The position numbers were made by a program, and so were the translations under genes. The notes below the pieces were generated by a model, which did no database searches, was not told the DNA's origin, and was given only the letters and a program-made list of their open reading frames with translations. A stretch of DNA of 64,000 nt from Phoronis australis. Lineage: Eukaryota; Animalia; Phoronida. Shown here piece after piece: positions 50,028 through 62,458 of the stretch. Position 1 is the stretch's first letter; the number at the start of each line of letters is the position of its first letter. The DNA lies in NCBI GenBank assembly GCA_002633005.1, contig NMRA01000112.1, positions 1 to 64,000 on the forward strand. The letters are read 5' to 3'.

Positions 50028-53000
50028 TTATTTGGTTTCCACCGGAAATGCTATAGCAACCATTTTCTTTACCCAATCAGATTTTTCCAGACTATCTAGC
50101 ATGAACCGCGCCACATCGGCTCTGGAGACGGGCCCTCTAGCGTCCGGTACGTAGTAACTCTCGTATGTAGCAATATCCTTTTCTGAAAATAGTAAATAAG
50201 CGTTCGACAAAAATCGAGTAACTAATTAGTCAGTTTTGTTTACGACTGGCAAAGTAACAGAAACTAAAGAGCAATTAACAATGTTTACAAGAATACAGCA
50301 TGTAGCACTCTGGTCAGTCGAGAATCGAGATCAAATATTATACCCGTAACAGGTCCATTCGACAAGCCGGGTGGTCGTACGACCGTGTAGTCTAGATCCT
50401 GACACTCCTTCTCCAGAAATGCTTCCATCTCCGCCATGTTTGCCAAATTGCGCCCAATGAAGACGGGTTTAAGAAAGTATTCTAAGAACCATGGGTTGTT
50501 TGGCGTGTCTGTAGAATGAAAAATGAAAAACAGATCAGAGGTCATTCACGAGTTTGAACTTTTAAGAGCATAAACCCATTTGTTAATGGCAACTGCTTCC
50601 AAAAGACATGTACCACGTATTCCGGCCTTTAGCATCACCAAGATAATTTGCATCAAATGTGTATATTAGTGTTTTTACCTTTTTATACAAACGAGAGAAT
50701 TAAAGCTGTGAAATATATGCATCAACTTTACGCCTTTATGTTATAAAAAAGAATAATGCCGACAAACTGCGATAAAAATTTCATGAAACGAATCGTTATT
50801 AAGAACAAAATATGTTTCCAGAGAGACTACTCAAAATAAACAAAACTTGATGAATTTTTACATTTAGTTTCCAATGTTTGGTGGAATGTTTGGTGGCTAA
50901 TCATAAATTTATAGACAAAGCCACGCGTGTGCATTCAATTTTAAAAAATTGTACGAAAATAACACACACACAAATAGTAAGTCAAGGACTTTCTACAGAA
51001 ACGAGACAGGCATTGTGCAATGATGCCCCGGTTGGACACAGGAGGATCTAATAAATCGTAAGAGGGGAGGGGGCACCCGCAATGTGCGACGCGAAAATGC
51101 TAGCGCTGCCCCTGAAAACGCCATGCCGACGGCGTTTTCTGATATTTCTGAAACTGCTACGCAACAGACTTTTTGCGAAATATGAAGCAACTGAATTTTT
51201 GTCCCAGTTCCCATGGTGATAACCTGGGCTGCATTTCATAGACACAATAACCTCGCGAAAACGCATGATCTCGCAAGTCTCCCCGACATATCGCTATGCA
51301 CTGCAAGCGAAGCACGCGATCATATTAACGTAACCATTCTAAGGCGCATTTCCAGGTTTTTCTTTGGAAGTTGCCTTAAACGAGTACCGAAGCGAGATAT
51401 GATACATTCATATCAGAAAACCATAATCCTCATCACTCAAAGACGTTCTGAAATGTAATTAAGTTCTGCTTTGTACTTACAAACTGTCGCCCATGCTGTG
51501 ATGACAATTACTCTCTTGATAGCGTTGGTGCGCATAGCAGCCACGATAGGTTTTATTGTGTCCGTGTGGAGTGTTATTTTACCAAATATGGGCAACGCTG
51601 GCTTAGCACCGAGGGCGATCAAAATGGCCTCTTGTCCAGTAAACGCTTTGGTGAGATCATCCTCGGACGTGAGGTCTGCTTTTATTACCTGTGAAAAAAG
51701 AGGAGACGAGAAACAGTAGGCCTATTTCAAAACCAACGTACAGAAGAGTGAACACAGGGATGCGTTACGCAGAACAAGTTTCTTACTTGCCAGTTGGCAG
51801 GATATAAACCACGCGAGATTGTAAAGCATGTGAAAGTTTAAAGCTTCGCGACTATCACCCGCTCCGTGAACGTCACGTCTCTCGATGCTCGTCAGTTTCA
51901 GCAACGTCTTCTTTTCCCGATTATAGTAGTAAACACAATTCTCCAGGTAGTCAACAGGTGGCGCTTGCTAAAAATTTGAATATTCACGGTTTTAGTGGGA
52001 CATAGCATTTTTGAGACATACTTTCACCTCCTTTGCTCAAGTGTTCGCATATTAATTTGGGAGAATTGACTCAAGTCAAATTGCAAGTAATTGTTATTTT
52101 GAATAATCATAGTCCCAAGCTGTAATTTTATGATTTTAGGGTTTGACAAGTCTGCATATTATAACAAACGTCTACCGTAAATAGTCTATTTTAACCCAAT
52201 AAGAGTACATATTTCGGAATGTATAAAATTTGTAGAGTTTGATTGTTGACTTTTTACCAACTTGCCTTCAATTGGGTCACTTGACCATGTCGTTTCACTA
52301 AAATTTAGCAAAAAATAAAGATGCAATGATAGCAGGAATACGGTATCAACAACGTGGCCAAATATCAATTGTAAGTGTTCAAATCTTAAACACGGTGTTA
52401 CAGTCTCTGAATAATCACTTCGTTTTCGTATGGTGCAATTGTTTCATAAAAATTATTAAATCCTTTTTCTGATAGCCCCTCATGCAAAAGTATAACATTT
52501 TAAAAACAATTCCCAATAGCGTTTTGTAGAACATTTGATAGTTTCTGAAAGCGTAATGTGATTCCGAGCAGCTATTTTTGAGATATGTTCTGAAGCAAGC
52601 AAATTTTGGCAATTTTTATAGGTTCCTACATAACCTTAAAAGGATACCAAACTCGGTTTTGGCCTATAAAGAAATATTGAAAACGACGTCACACATAATT
52701 CTATGAATAAAAATAATGCTCTGTACGTAACTCTCGACAATCCTCCAATGTTTGAAGGAAAATTTGGAAAATCCATATCAAGTCTGCTCAACTGGCAAGC
52801 GTGACCTACGCTTTTAGCGAATCGCACGGCAACTGTAGGGAAAACTCCCCATTTAAGAACCATAATATCCAATCTGTGACACATGGAGTAAGAGTCTTTA
52901 GCTGATGGTTAAAGTTCAGTAACGCCAGGGTCTCGCTAAAATCTAGTCAAAATCATGAGTTCCCCTTTGAAATACACGGCAATATCTCACGTAATCTCGC

Positions 53001-55069
53001 TAAGTCGTGATTTTTAGCGAGGTTCTATAGTTACTGAACCCATATATTGCCTCGTCACACCTTACAAACTGACTGAATCTTCCCAACACACTTTACAGCA
53101 ATCAACCACCATCAACAACAACCTTAAATCTATTTCACACTGGTTTTCCGTGAACAAACTTTCAATTAACACATCAAAAGTAAATTAATGATCTTCCACT
53201 ACCCCCAAAAGAAAATTGAAAAATGCATTATTCCCACCATTTATATAAATAGCAAATTTAACAATATGTCACGTGAACAGTTTTCCTTTCCTTGGTATTA
53301 CTGTTGACAAAAACCTCTCATGGTCCCCCACATTAACCTCATCTCAAACAAACTTAACAATCTCGGTGGAATCTTATACAAATTGAAATCTTATCTTCCT
53401 CTTCCAGCTCTCAAGTTGATATATAATTCACTTGTCCTTCCAAATTTAAACTATGGCATTGCAACTTGGGGTTTTGGCAACACTAAGAAACTTCAGACAG
53501 CCCAGAAAAGAATCCTTAGGAATATATCAAATTCCAGTTATAATGCTCACTCTCTGCCCATATGTCAGGAACTTCGCCTCCCTCTAGTTCAAGACATCTT
53601 TAAAATCTTAACTGCTAAGTTCTACTACAAATTCATCAATAATCAGCTTCCTAAGTATTTTTACACTAACAACTTCTTTAGTAAACCCATCCAATATAAA
53701 CCAACCATACACAATAAAACTCCTACATACCTGAATCTAATACTCAGCTGCTATACCGACAATACAACCCAAAATTTTAATTCCTCCGTCCAACAAATTG
53801 TCATCAAGAGCCTGTATTAGATTTCAGATTCCTCGACTTATAAACAACAACGAAATACCAGTGTCTGCTCTAAATATAATAAAAACGCATTCTTTGCAAG
53901 CATTCTCCAGGTTCTTAACCAATTTTATTATTAGCAACTACGATCCAGTTTGTCATATTTCCAATTGCTTCATATGTAACAGTATCTAATTGTATTCTCA
54001 AAATCTCCTGAGCTGTGCCAGTNTCTCTCTCAAGATTGACGCAAATAGCTACATCAGCAGGTGACTGAAGGGTGATTGGTTTTAAATTATCAAGACAGGG
54101 TTTAGTTTCCTTTAAAGTAGTTGATTAAACTACCAAATCCTAGAACAGGTTGAAGACCAAACGTTTTTCATGGACCAAGATGCTGCGGAAATCTCGACCT
54201 TCGTCTGGTAAATTAAACACGTAGTGATTTCAACGTGAAAATTACAAAAATGAAAATCGGCATGTCACGCCTCTTCGGGACACGCGACAAACTGAACACA
54301 CCGTGACGTAGCTTAGCTGTCAAGTGCCAAGCAGATGTGGAAATGTAACACGTGACCTAAAGTACATGCAAGGCGCTATATTTGGCAAGCAAACAGGAGT
54401 GTGACACTGATATACAGGGTGTTCCACTTAAATTGTATCCACATTGGCTCTAGGACAACGATAAGGTCGGATAAGGATATAAAAAGTCCTAGCTTCGAAT
54501 TAAGTAATTCCACGTTCACTCAGTGTAGAACACATTGCCTTGGTTCCCGCCCGGAGTTTCGATAACTAACCGAGATGACAAGACAAAAATTTGTTTATCC
54601 ACTCCGGTCGAGTGACGGGAAGATCAGCTAGCATGCGCTCAAAGCCCTCGGGGATATAAGTGTATTTTTCAAATGTAGCACATAGGTTTGCCCTGTTGTA
54701 ACGACTGATAGTTGAGAAAGAAAATGAATAGCATTGCAAACATCGAAATTTGGCCTACAACATATTGTGCACACCAAAACGTTATCACTGAAAACACTGC
54801 AGCCTGCAGGAAGAAGACAGTCCCCCTTGTTCTTTGGCTCATAACCATACATCGTACATCTCTGTGTGTGACGTTGTTAAAATCAAATCTTTCTTGTGGG
54901 GTCATGAAGTAACATTGAACAAGCCTCAAACCTGCAGTCGATCGTGCTTCATGTGTTCCAGTTTCTCCGGACTTCGCACGACGGCAGTAACACTGTGTCC
55001 CCTCTCCAAAGACTGGGCAACAAGCTGCAGACCCGAAGGTCCTGTAGCTCCCAATACGGCCACCTTCAT
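50028..55069 (-). CDS. BLVRB-like: Flavin reductase (NADPH)/BLVRB-like atypical SDR, copy C; exons 54932-55069, 51481-51688, 50344-50508, 50028-50182; 221 aa
   Basis: Near-identical paralog of copy B (MKVAVLGATGPSG...VRSPEK; ITAWATV; RPPGL; SRADVARFML...PVETK*). Exons 138/208/165/155, GT-AG introns, open frame. Confidence 0.92.
52914..53039. mobile_element. ~126-bp palindromic MITE; related copy at ~23026-23147
   Basis: GTTCAGTAAC...CTCGCTAAAA / TTTTAGCGAG...GTTACTGAAC. The internal AAATACACGGCAATATCTCACGTAATCTCGC is shared with 23066-23096 (reverse complement). Confidence 0.7.
53043..53989 (+). pseudogene. CR1/L2-group LINE ORF2 C-terminal fragment in intron 1 of copy C
   Basis: INNNLKSISHWFSVNKLSINTSKSK, FLGITVDKNLSW..HI, LKLIYNSLVLPNLNYGIATWG, QKRILRNI, terminal C...CFIC; frameshifted. 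Confidence 0.85.
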
Positions 55070-55396
55070 TACTCGTCAGTTCCAGCTGGATGTGCAGTTC
55101 TAAATCAAGATGTGCAGTTCTAAATCAAGATTTACTAAATAGTAAACGTCGGCGCTGGCTCTCACTCCCCGGCGGGTACGATGAGTGTGTTCAGCCGTCT
55201 GTTATGTCGAGCAACCTTTATTTCCTATGACCTCTGACCCGAACTCTTCATCAAAGTTTACGTAACTCTTGTGTTAGGAAAGCTAGCGATAGCAGTTATA
55301 AAAGCTCCCGTTTGGTATACGTACATTACAATAATACAATACAATACATCATGGTATGAAATCTAAACCAAACTAACAACGCTATATCTCACATCT

Positions 55397-56207
55397 CATA
55401 GGCGGATTTAGGGGGGGCCAGGGGGCCCGCCCCCCCCCCCTGGCTGCCGCAAAAAATAAAACAGTAATAGCGTAGGGAAATGGTGAGTATATTAATTAAC
55501 TCCGGTAATTAAAATTATACGGATGAAAAAAGATTTAAATGTGTGCAGTTTTAGTGTTTGGGGGGGGGGGCTCAAACCCAATTTCAAGTGGCAAATTCTG
55601 AACACGGCGCATTCGTAACGGAACTATGGCTAAGTATAGGCTCTCCCGCGATATCCCAGGCGACCGGCAGTGGCGCTGTGCACTACGACTCCGTTTTCGT
55701 CGTCTGCTCCACTGTGCAATGAAGAAAATTTACTTCATTTTTTTAAAGAGAATGGAACCTGAGTGACGATGAAAAACAGAAGCTGCTGGTAAGATGTGAA
55801 TTTTAATCGAAGCCTTAGTGAATCACTCAGAAACTCGCAATACTCTCTTTGTCAAACCTTAACTTAGACGATTTCCAAAGCAATCCCGTCATTATTACCA
55901 ACACGAAAAACAAAGCATTTGAAGACTATTTTAAATACGACAAATTTGTTAAGAATTCATAGCACAAAATATAAAACGTGCAATAAGCATTACGAAAAGA
56001 AGTAGGTTTCGCGCGCAAACGCTGTGGACCATAAACAAGTAGGTCTTTTAGCATGAAATTACTAGGTAAATCGTGGTGGTGTAGTACTAACGCACGCGCT
56101 CTCTAAGCGCGAGGTCGTGAGTTCAAGTTTTTGGTACGTTCAGTTTTCCTGTGTGACACGTTCTCTGTGTTTTTNCCCCCCCTTGTGATATCCTAGATCC
56201 GCCACTG
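55397..56207. mobile_element. hAT-like non-autonomous element with 5-bp TSD, ~330 bp upstream of the copy C start codon
   Basis: CATAGGCGGATTTAGG / CCTAGATCCGCCACTG; TSD CATCT at 55392-55396 and 56208-56212; contains the N join at 56175. Confidence 0.75.
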
Positions 56208-59200
56208 CATCTAAAGACTACGCATATCAGACATATATGACAGAACTAGGAACCAGTAAGTAATCTCTCCTACTGGTTCTTATAGGAGGAGTGATGAGCA
56301 GGATTCAAGAAAACTAATAGAGACAATCGTAAAAAATTAGAAATTGAATAAAAACTCAACAATTCGCATTCGATCAAATCATGCGTGATCCTGCTGGAGA
56401 TCGTCGTAAACCGGGCTTTGTAGAGGGAGAGTCAGGGGTTGCGATGACAGCCGCATCTGTCAAAAGGTGTCACTGAAGTGCTCTGACGGATTAATAACTT
56501 ATAACTGTGGTCTGAGCCGATTTCCAAGAGATCATCAATGTATAAAGCAATGTTGTAACTGTGTCTCTGTAATATTGCTATTTCGTTAGAAACTGCACTT
56601 TGGGTTTGTGGCCGTGAACATTTGAAACAAATATAAATCAATGTAGGGGATTAACTGGCGGCTCTACTCAAAAGTCTAAATGTTATTTACCTTGCCTTGG
56701 CATAATACTAACAGAAGTTTACACTTTTTAAAGTGTCAAAAACCACAAGAAGTGTCAGTTCCTATCTATAATAAAAGCAATAATACTGACATTTTTTTTA
56801 AATTTGAGGTTTACTTAACTTTGTTGAGGTTTACGTAGCATTGTTAAATTAGAAAATGTTCACAGTTTATCAAATGCCGTATACACTGTAGGTACAGAAG
56901 ATCTGAGTAATTCTTCATCACCATGTTGGGTAAGTTAAATGAATTTTTTGGTAAACCAAGTGCTTTAAATTATAATATATTTGTCAATGTGTTATCGAAT
57001 TAAGTGACGACGTTGTCATTCTGCTAATATATTTCTATTTACAACTTCAATAATTACAATATTAAAATGTTTGCAATGATAGTTCATAAATTCAGATGCT
57101 TGCCATAAGTTTCCAGAGTAGATTGGTAATCCTTCTGTGGCAGAAACAATATTGCATGGCAGCGCCGCAGTCTAAATTCGAGCTATAATGGCGGCGGCCA
57201 ACATGGTTAGTCTATTCGTCTCCATCGTTGTTTTTTGCGGCCACGCTAACTCTAGTTGGATCCCCGCAGTCGGCGGCGCCCTGGAGAGAGTTCAACAGCG
57301 GTCTTCGAGGCTAACAAAATACAGCCAAAATCACGTCGTGCTCTCATTGAAAATAAGCGGCAATATCTGGCAGAATCTTGTTTTTCTAGCATTATTGAAC
57401 GCTACCTTCATGCAGAGCAGACATGTGTAGATGCCGAACTGCACCAGCGAACGCAAGACCGCGCAAAACTTCGCGAGATATCACCATTGCATGCGAAGCA
57501 CGTAATTACACAAGCTAGTTGCAAGTATGGTTTTAATGACCAAGCTATAAGTATGGTTGATTTTACTAGTCATGTTCCATTTATTAAGATATGGTTGGCT
57601 TTATTGACCAGGTAGTTTACTGCATGGTGGGCTTTGGGGTCAAGTCATCTGTCAGCTGTCGAATGACTTGCTGAAATGTAGCCTTGGTGAAAAGCTGGAT
57701 AATAACAGCTTTGCACCGATGTGGGCAAAAAAGTGATGAGATAAAATCTGACACAAAACTAGTGTCAAAACTGCAGTCTTCCTTGAGTAAACTAAATTAT
57801 TTAACGGTGTTGGCAAAAATGGCGTTCTACCGTTATTCTACTGCTAAAGTTGTGGGGCGATCTTTGGCGGCGGCTTTCGGCGCCATGAAATATTGCGTCA
57901 CCTATTGGCCAGTTTCTTTTTTCGCCGATTCTTCAATCAACTATTCTTCTTTCACGAGATTGCGTACACGTCAACAAATTATGGAAACTGGTTTCACTCC
58001 AGTATAAGTTTTTAGAATTTTGATTCCGCAAAACCGAATTTCAGCTAAAATTTTGCTGCTGCCAAGCTATCATCATCTCCCGATAGATGTCGCAAATATT
58101 TAGGAAATGGCGCGTGCGCGTGACACGAGCGTACTGTTTTCAAACCGACGACTTACATTTCATTGTTAGAAAAGGCGGAGAGTTACGCAAGAAAATGACG
58201 TTTGTTGCATTGTTTTTTACTTAAACGGCTGTAACCGGGCAAGGTGAGTGTCGGTTGATTCCCAGATTTTGCATGCACCCGGGCGTCCGATCTTTAGCTT
58301 TACATGTTGATACAAGTTTCACGGCGAGGTGACGAGCAGAACTATCCTGGCTGTGTGCAATTTCGTACAGCTAGCTGGCTGGCTAGCTGAAATGTTAAAA
58401 ATCAAATTCTCGTACAAGTAACCTCAATAAAAGCATGATTTTATTTTTTTTGTGTCTATAAGTGCAATAAATAATCATAATAATTTCACNACACGTCAAC
58501 AAATTATGGAAACTGGTTTCACTTCATTATAAGTTTTTAGAATTTTGATTCCGCAAAACCGAATTTCAGCTAAAATTTTGCTGCTGCCAAGCTATCATCA
58601 TCTCCCGATAGATGTCGCAAATATTTAGGAAATGGCGCGTGCGCGTGACACGAGCGTACTGTTTTCAAACCGACGACATACTTTTCATTGTTAGAAAAGG
58701 CGGAGAGTTACGCAAGAAAATGACGTTTGTTGCATTGTTTTTTACTTAAACGGCTGTAACCGGGCAAGGTGAGTGTCGGTTGATTCCCAGATTTTGCATG
58801 CACCCGGGCGTCCGATCTTTAGCTTTACATGTTGATACAAGTTTCACGGCGAGGTGACGAGCAGAACTATCCTGGCTGTGTGCAATTTCGTACAGCTAGC
58901 TGGCTGGCTAGCTGAAATGTTAAAAATCAAATTCTCGTACAAGTAACCTCAATAAAAGCATGATTTTATTTTTTTTGTGTCTATAAGTGCAATAAATAAT
59001 CATAATAATTTCACGTTGTGGGGATACTTTATTCCATTGCAGACAACGACGACACACACATTTTCAAATATTGTACATTGAGCCAAACCAAGCAATTTGA
59101 ATGTGATGGTTTCCGGTGTGTTGCTTTCTTGGAATGTTAAAAAGTAAAGTTGAAGGAGCTAAAGTCATCCTCTGTCGAAAGATCAACTTTGATTTATGTG

Positions 59201-59625
59201 GCACACCTTTACAAAACCACATCCAGTTTATTCCTTAAGTACTCTGATTTAAAGTGAGGTATGGAATCGTAATAACTACATTTTGTTGTTACCTTAACTT
59301 GGGGACTATGCTCGATGGATGGAATGACTAGGAGGACAAAGCCAAAAAAAGGGTTTGTTCCTGCCAATCACAGAACTTACTTGTAATCTTAGAAAGGAAC
59401 AAGTTGATGCCAATTTTGTATTGGTACTAAGTCGTCGAAATCAGATTTTTGACAGAAAGTGGTTTATGAAGCACCTTTCAGACCCCTTCCTGAACACGGC
59501 TAAGGTTACATGCTAAAACGATTTTGATATTTCACCCGAAAACTTATATTTTGATTTCTGCCTGATTTTTGTTCTCATGTTATCTGTCACCAGTCCAGTA
59601 CGAAAGACAAATATCTAGCTGTCAT

Positions 59626-62458
59626 TCATTTATTCGGATCTAAGGCTATGGCCACCATTTTCTTTATCCATTCACCATTTTCCATGCAGTCCAACATGAA
59701 TCGCGCCACATCCGCTCTGGGAACACTCAGTCTTCTACTGCAAGGGACGCTGTAGTCTTCACACGTCAGTAGTGGAGCGTCTGCAATATAAAATCGAAAA
59801 GTTCTAGCAGTTTACCGGACTTTGATGAAGTTTAAACTAATTAAGTAATTCTTCATCCAGGGTTAAAGGGAAAATTGTGACAGTATATTAATGTTCTATT
59901 GTCAATTCCCTCACTGAACTTCAGAAACTTAAGAAATATTTGAGCTTACGCTCCACACAGTTATTTCTGAAAAATAATTGAATTTCACTTAGCAAAAGTG
60001 CGAAGTCCCTGGAAACACAAACATAACAGCTAGTTACCAAAATAATGTTTGCAAATCATTTCTAGAATGTGAGGTACTGATAATTATTTGGCTGAACCTT
60101 CATTCAGCACATGTGAAGTGGGCGCGTAAGACTACTGAAATTTCTGTCCAATTCTTAAGTCATTTTTTGTGAAACAGCCCCTAGGGTAATGAGAAGGCGC
60201 TATTTGGTGTCAGCAGTGTTAACTGACTTGAGAGGCGTGGCCATAGCCAAGAAGTTTAGAGAGATATCATAATTGAGATAAATCTGAAATTAAGAATTTG
60301 TGAAAGTTTAACCAAAATACCAGTAATATCGCCATCCGATAGCTCCGGAGGGCGAACCACAGTGTAGTCGAGGTCTTGACATTCTTCGTTCAAGTACGCT
60401 TCCATCTCGGCTAAATTCGTTATATTACGGCCGATGAATAGGGGGTTGATGAAGTAGACCCATGACCACGGGTTATGAGGTGAGGCTAAAAATGAACACG
60501 AATTAACGAATATTTTTAGGTATTTGAAACCAAGTCACACAAAGTAATAGTGGTGCAATACACAGTCCGGGGTTTTTAAATATTAAAACTAGAAAAATGT
60601 ACATAAATTGAGAACATCGACGATTTAGATGAAGCTGAAGGATGTTATTTTCATTCTACTTACGTCCTGTTGTCCAAGCGGAAATGACGATCACTCGCTT
60701 GATATTGTTATTTCTCATTGCAGCAGCAATTGGCTTTATCGTATCTGTGTGCACCGTGACAATACCAAATATTGGCATAGCTTTTCTGGCACCAAGGGCA
60801 ATCAAGATGGCGTCATGGTCTGCAAACGACTTAGTCAGTTCTTCCACGGACATGATATTGACTTTCTTAACCTAAAGACAAATCCGAATTCATGGAAGTT
60901 GATTTCGATTCTACTGAAGACGCGAGATTCCCCAGCAAGAATTTGTTCCTGCTACATTATGAACACACGCTGCTGAATTTACCCACAATGCTGCGCAGAA
61001 TCACTAAAATTTTACTGTAGTTGAAATCTTGACGCCGAAAATGTTGACATGATGAGCGATGCGCCAATTTTACTTGTTCATGCCCCACATGGCCAATCAT
61101 ACAATCCGTGTTATTGACAGTCCGAGAACTTGGGTGAGCCAACCACAAGTAAACTCGGAAGCGTTTTCTCGAATAGCTGATGTTTTCGAAGTTTTTGATG
61201 GCAATGAAAACCATCTCCTGTCATAATAAGAAATATTATGAGACCGACGTTATGAGCTTAGTGGCTTAATGCATTTTTGGAAGCTAAACACTGAGGAAAC
61301 ACGGGTTAAAAAGACACGTTACTTCCTGAGTGTAACGACCTCTTTCGACCCTGCCTCAACGAACGAAACAGGCAACCATAGAAACAACCACAATCAAAAT
61401 GTAATGTGCATCTGTGGAGGCTGTGCCTGATTTTTAAGAGTTATGAAGTGGCAACCGTGAGAAGCGACCAACCAACCACTGGGGTTGTCGTTTTCTTTTG
61501 TATTATGTTGCGTACATGCCCGCACCAACAGGTGACTTTGAAGCAAGAATGTTATCTATCCAACTTACTTATGGAGTTCTATAAATGTTTCAATAACAAA
61601 ATAAAACTGTTTTTCCCAAAAAAATATTGAACAAAGTGATATTGTATCGTTATATTTTCTTCAGACACGTGATTATCCACCAATACAGTTACATCTTGGT
61701 TTCAAATTTCGAAATTAGCGCACGTTCGTCTTGCCAGCAACAATTCAGAACGGATAAGCGTGGTAATATTTTTAAATCCCAACATCTTCGGTTACTAAGA
61801 ATTGAAAATTGACTACTAAACGATTATACCCTTTAAGCAAACTCGCAAAGAAAATGTAACACATCTTTCGTGAAATGCCCAGTGCCCCACTTCAGCTAAG
61901 GTCATGGTGCTAGCCTGGAAGTGTTTCGTACACCTAAGACGCTTTCGGGAAAAGCCAGTGGAGATGTCTCGCAAAGCTGTGCGTTTTCGTGACATTCTTG
62001 GGTCTGTGTACGCAACCCAACCATCTTACTGCCCAGCAGCAGTTCACATGAATTGCGTAAGGCCTTGTACTAGTTTCTCATGTGAAAGGCTATAGATTTT
62101 ATGTTACTGGTTTTGCAACAACGTGACGATATTATCCCACTTCCCGTGCTCAGTTGAGAAACTGGAAAGTTAGAACTTTTGTAGAAATGAGTTCCACTGC
62201 CTAAATCAGTGGTCTCATGCAGATTTACTCGCATATTTCAAGTGGAACAACCTAGGCAAATTTTGTAGAAGGAATATCTGTAAATTGCACAAACCAACAA
62301 ACAAATCTGTAACCGCAAACCTGGAGGTTCTGGTGTCTGATGTGTTGAAGTTTGACGGGATTCCGCACCACGGCAGTCACGCTGTGCCCCCTATCGAGAC
62401 CTTGCTGAACCAGTTGGAGACCTGATGGTCCAGTGGCTCCCAAGACTACAACTTTCAT
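59626..62458 (-). CDS. BLVRB-like: Flavin reductase (NADPH)/BLVRB-like atypical SDR, copy D; exons 62321-62458, 60664-60871, 60321-60485, 59626-59780; 221 aa
   Basis: MKVVVLGATGPSGLQLVQQGLDRGHSVTAVVRNP... / VKKVNIMSVEEL...ISAWTTG / PSPHNPWSW...YTVVRPPELSDGDIT / DAPLLTCEDYSVPCSRRLSVPRADVARFML...ALDPNK*. Exons 138/208/165/155, GT-AG introns. Confidence 0.92.

Noticed and set aside
56070-56130. tRNA-like segment with A-box (TGGTGTAGT) and B-box (GAGTTCAAG)
   Set aside because: No complete cloverleaf or acceptor stem; at best a decayed SINE head inside a transposon.
57966-59014. Near-perfect 524-bp tandem duplication
   Set aside because: The copies meet at N 58490; same assembly-overlap pattern.
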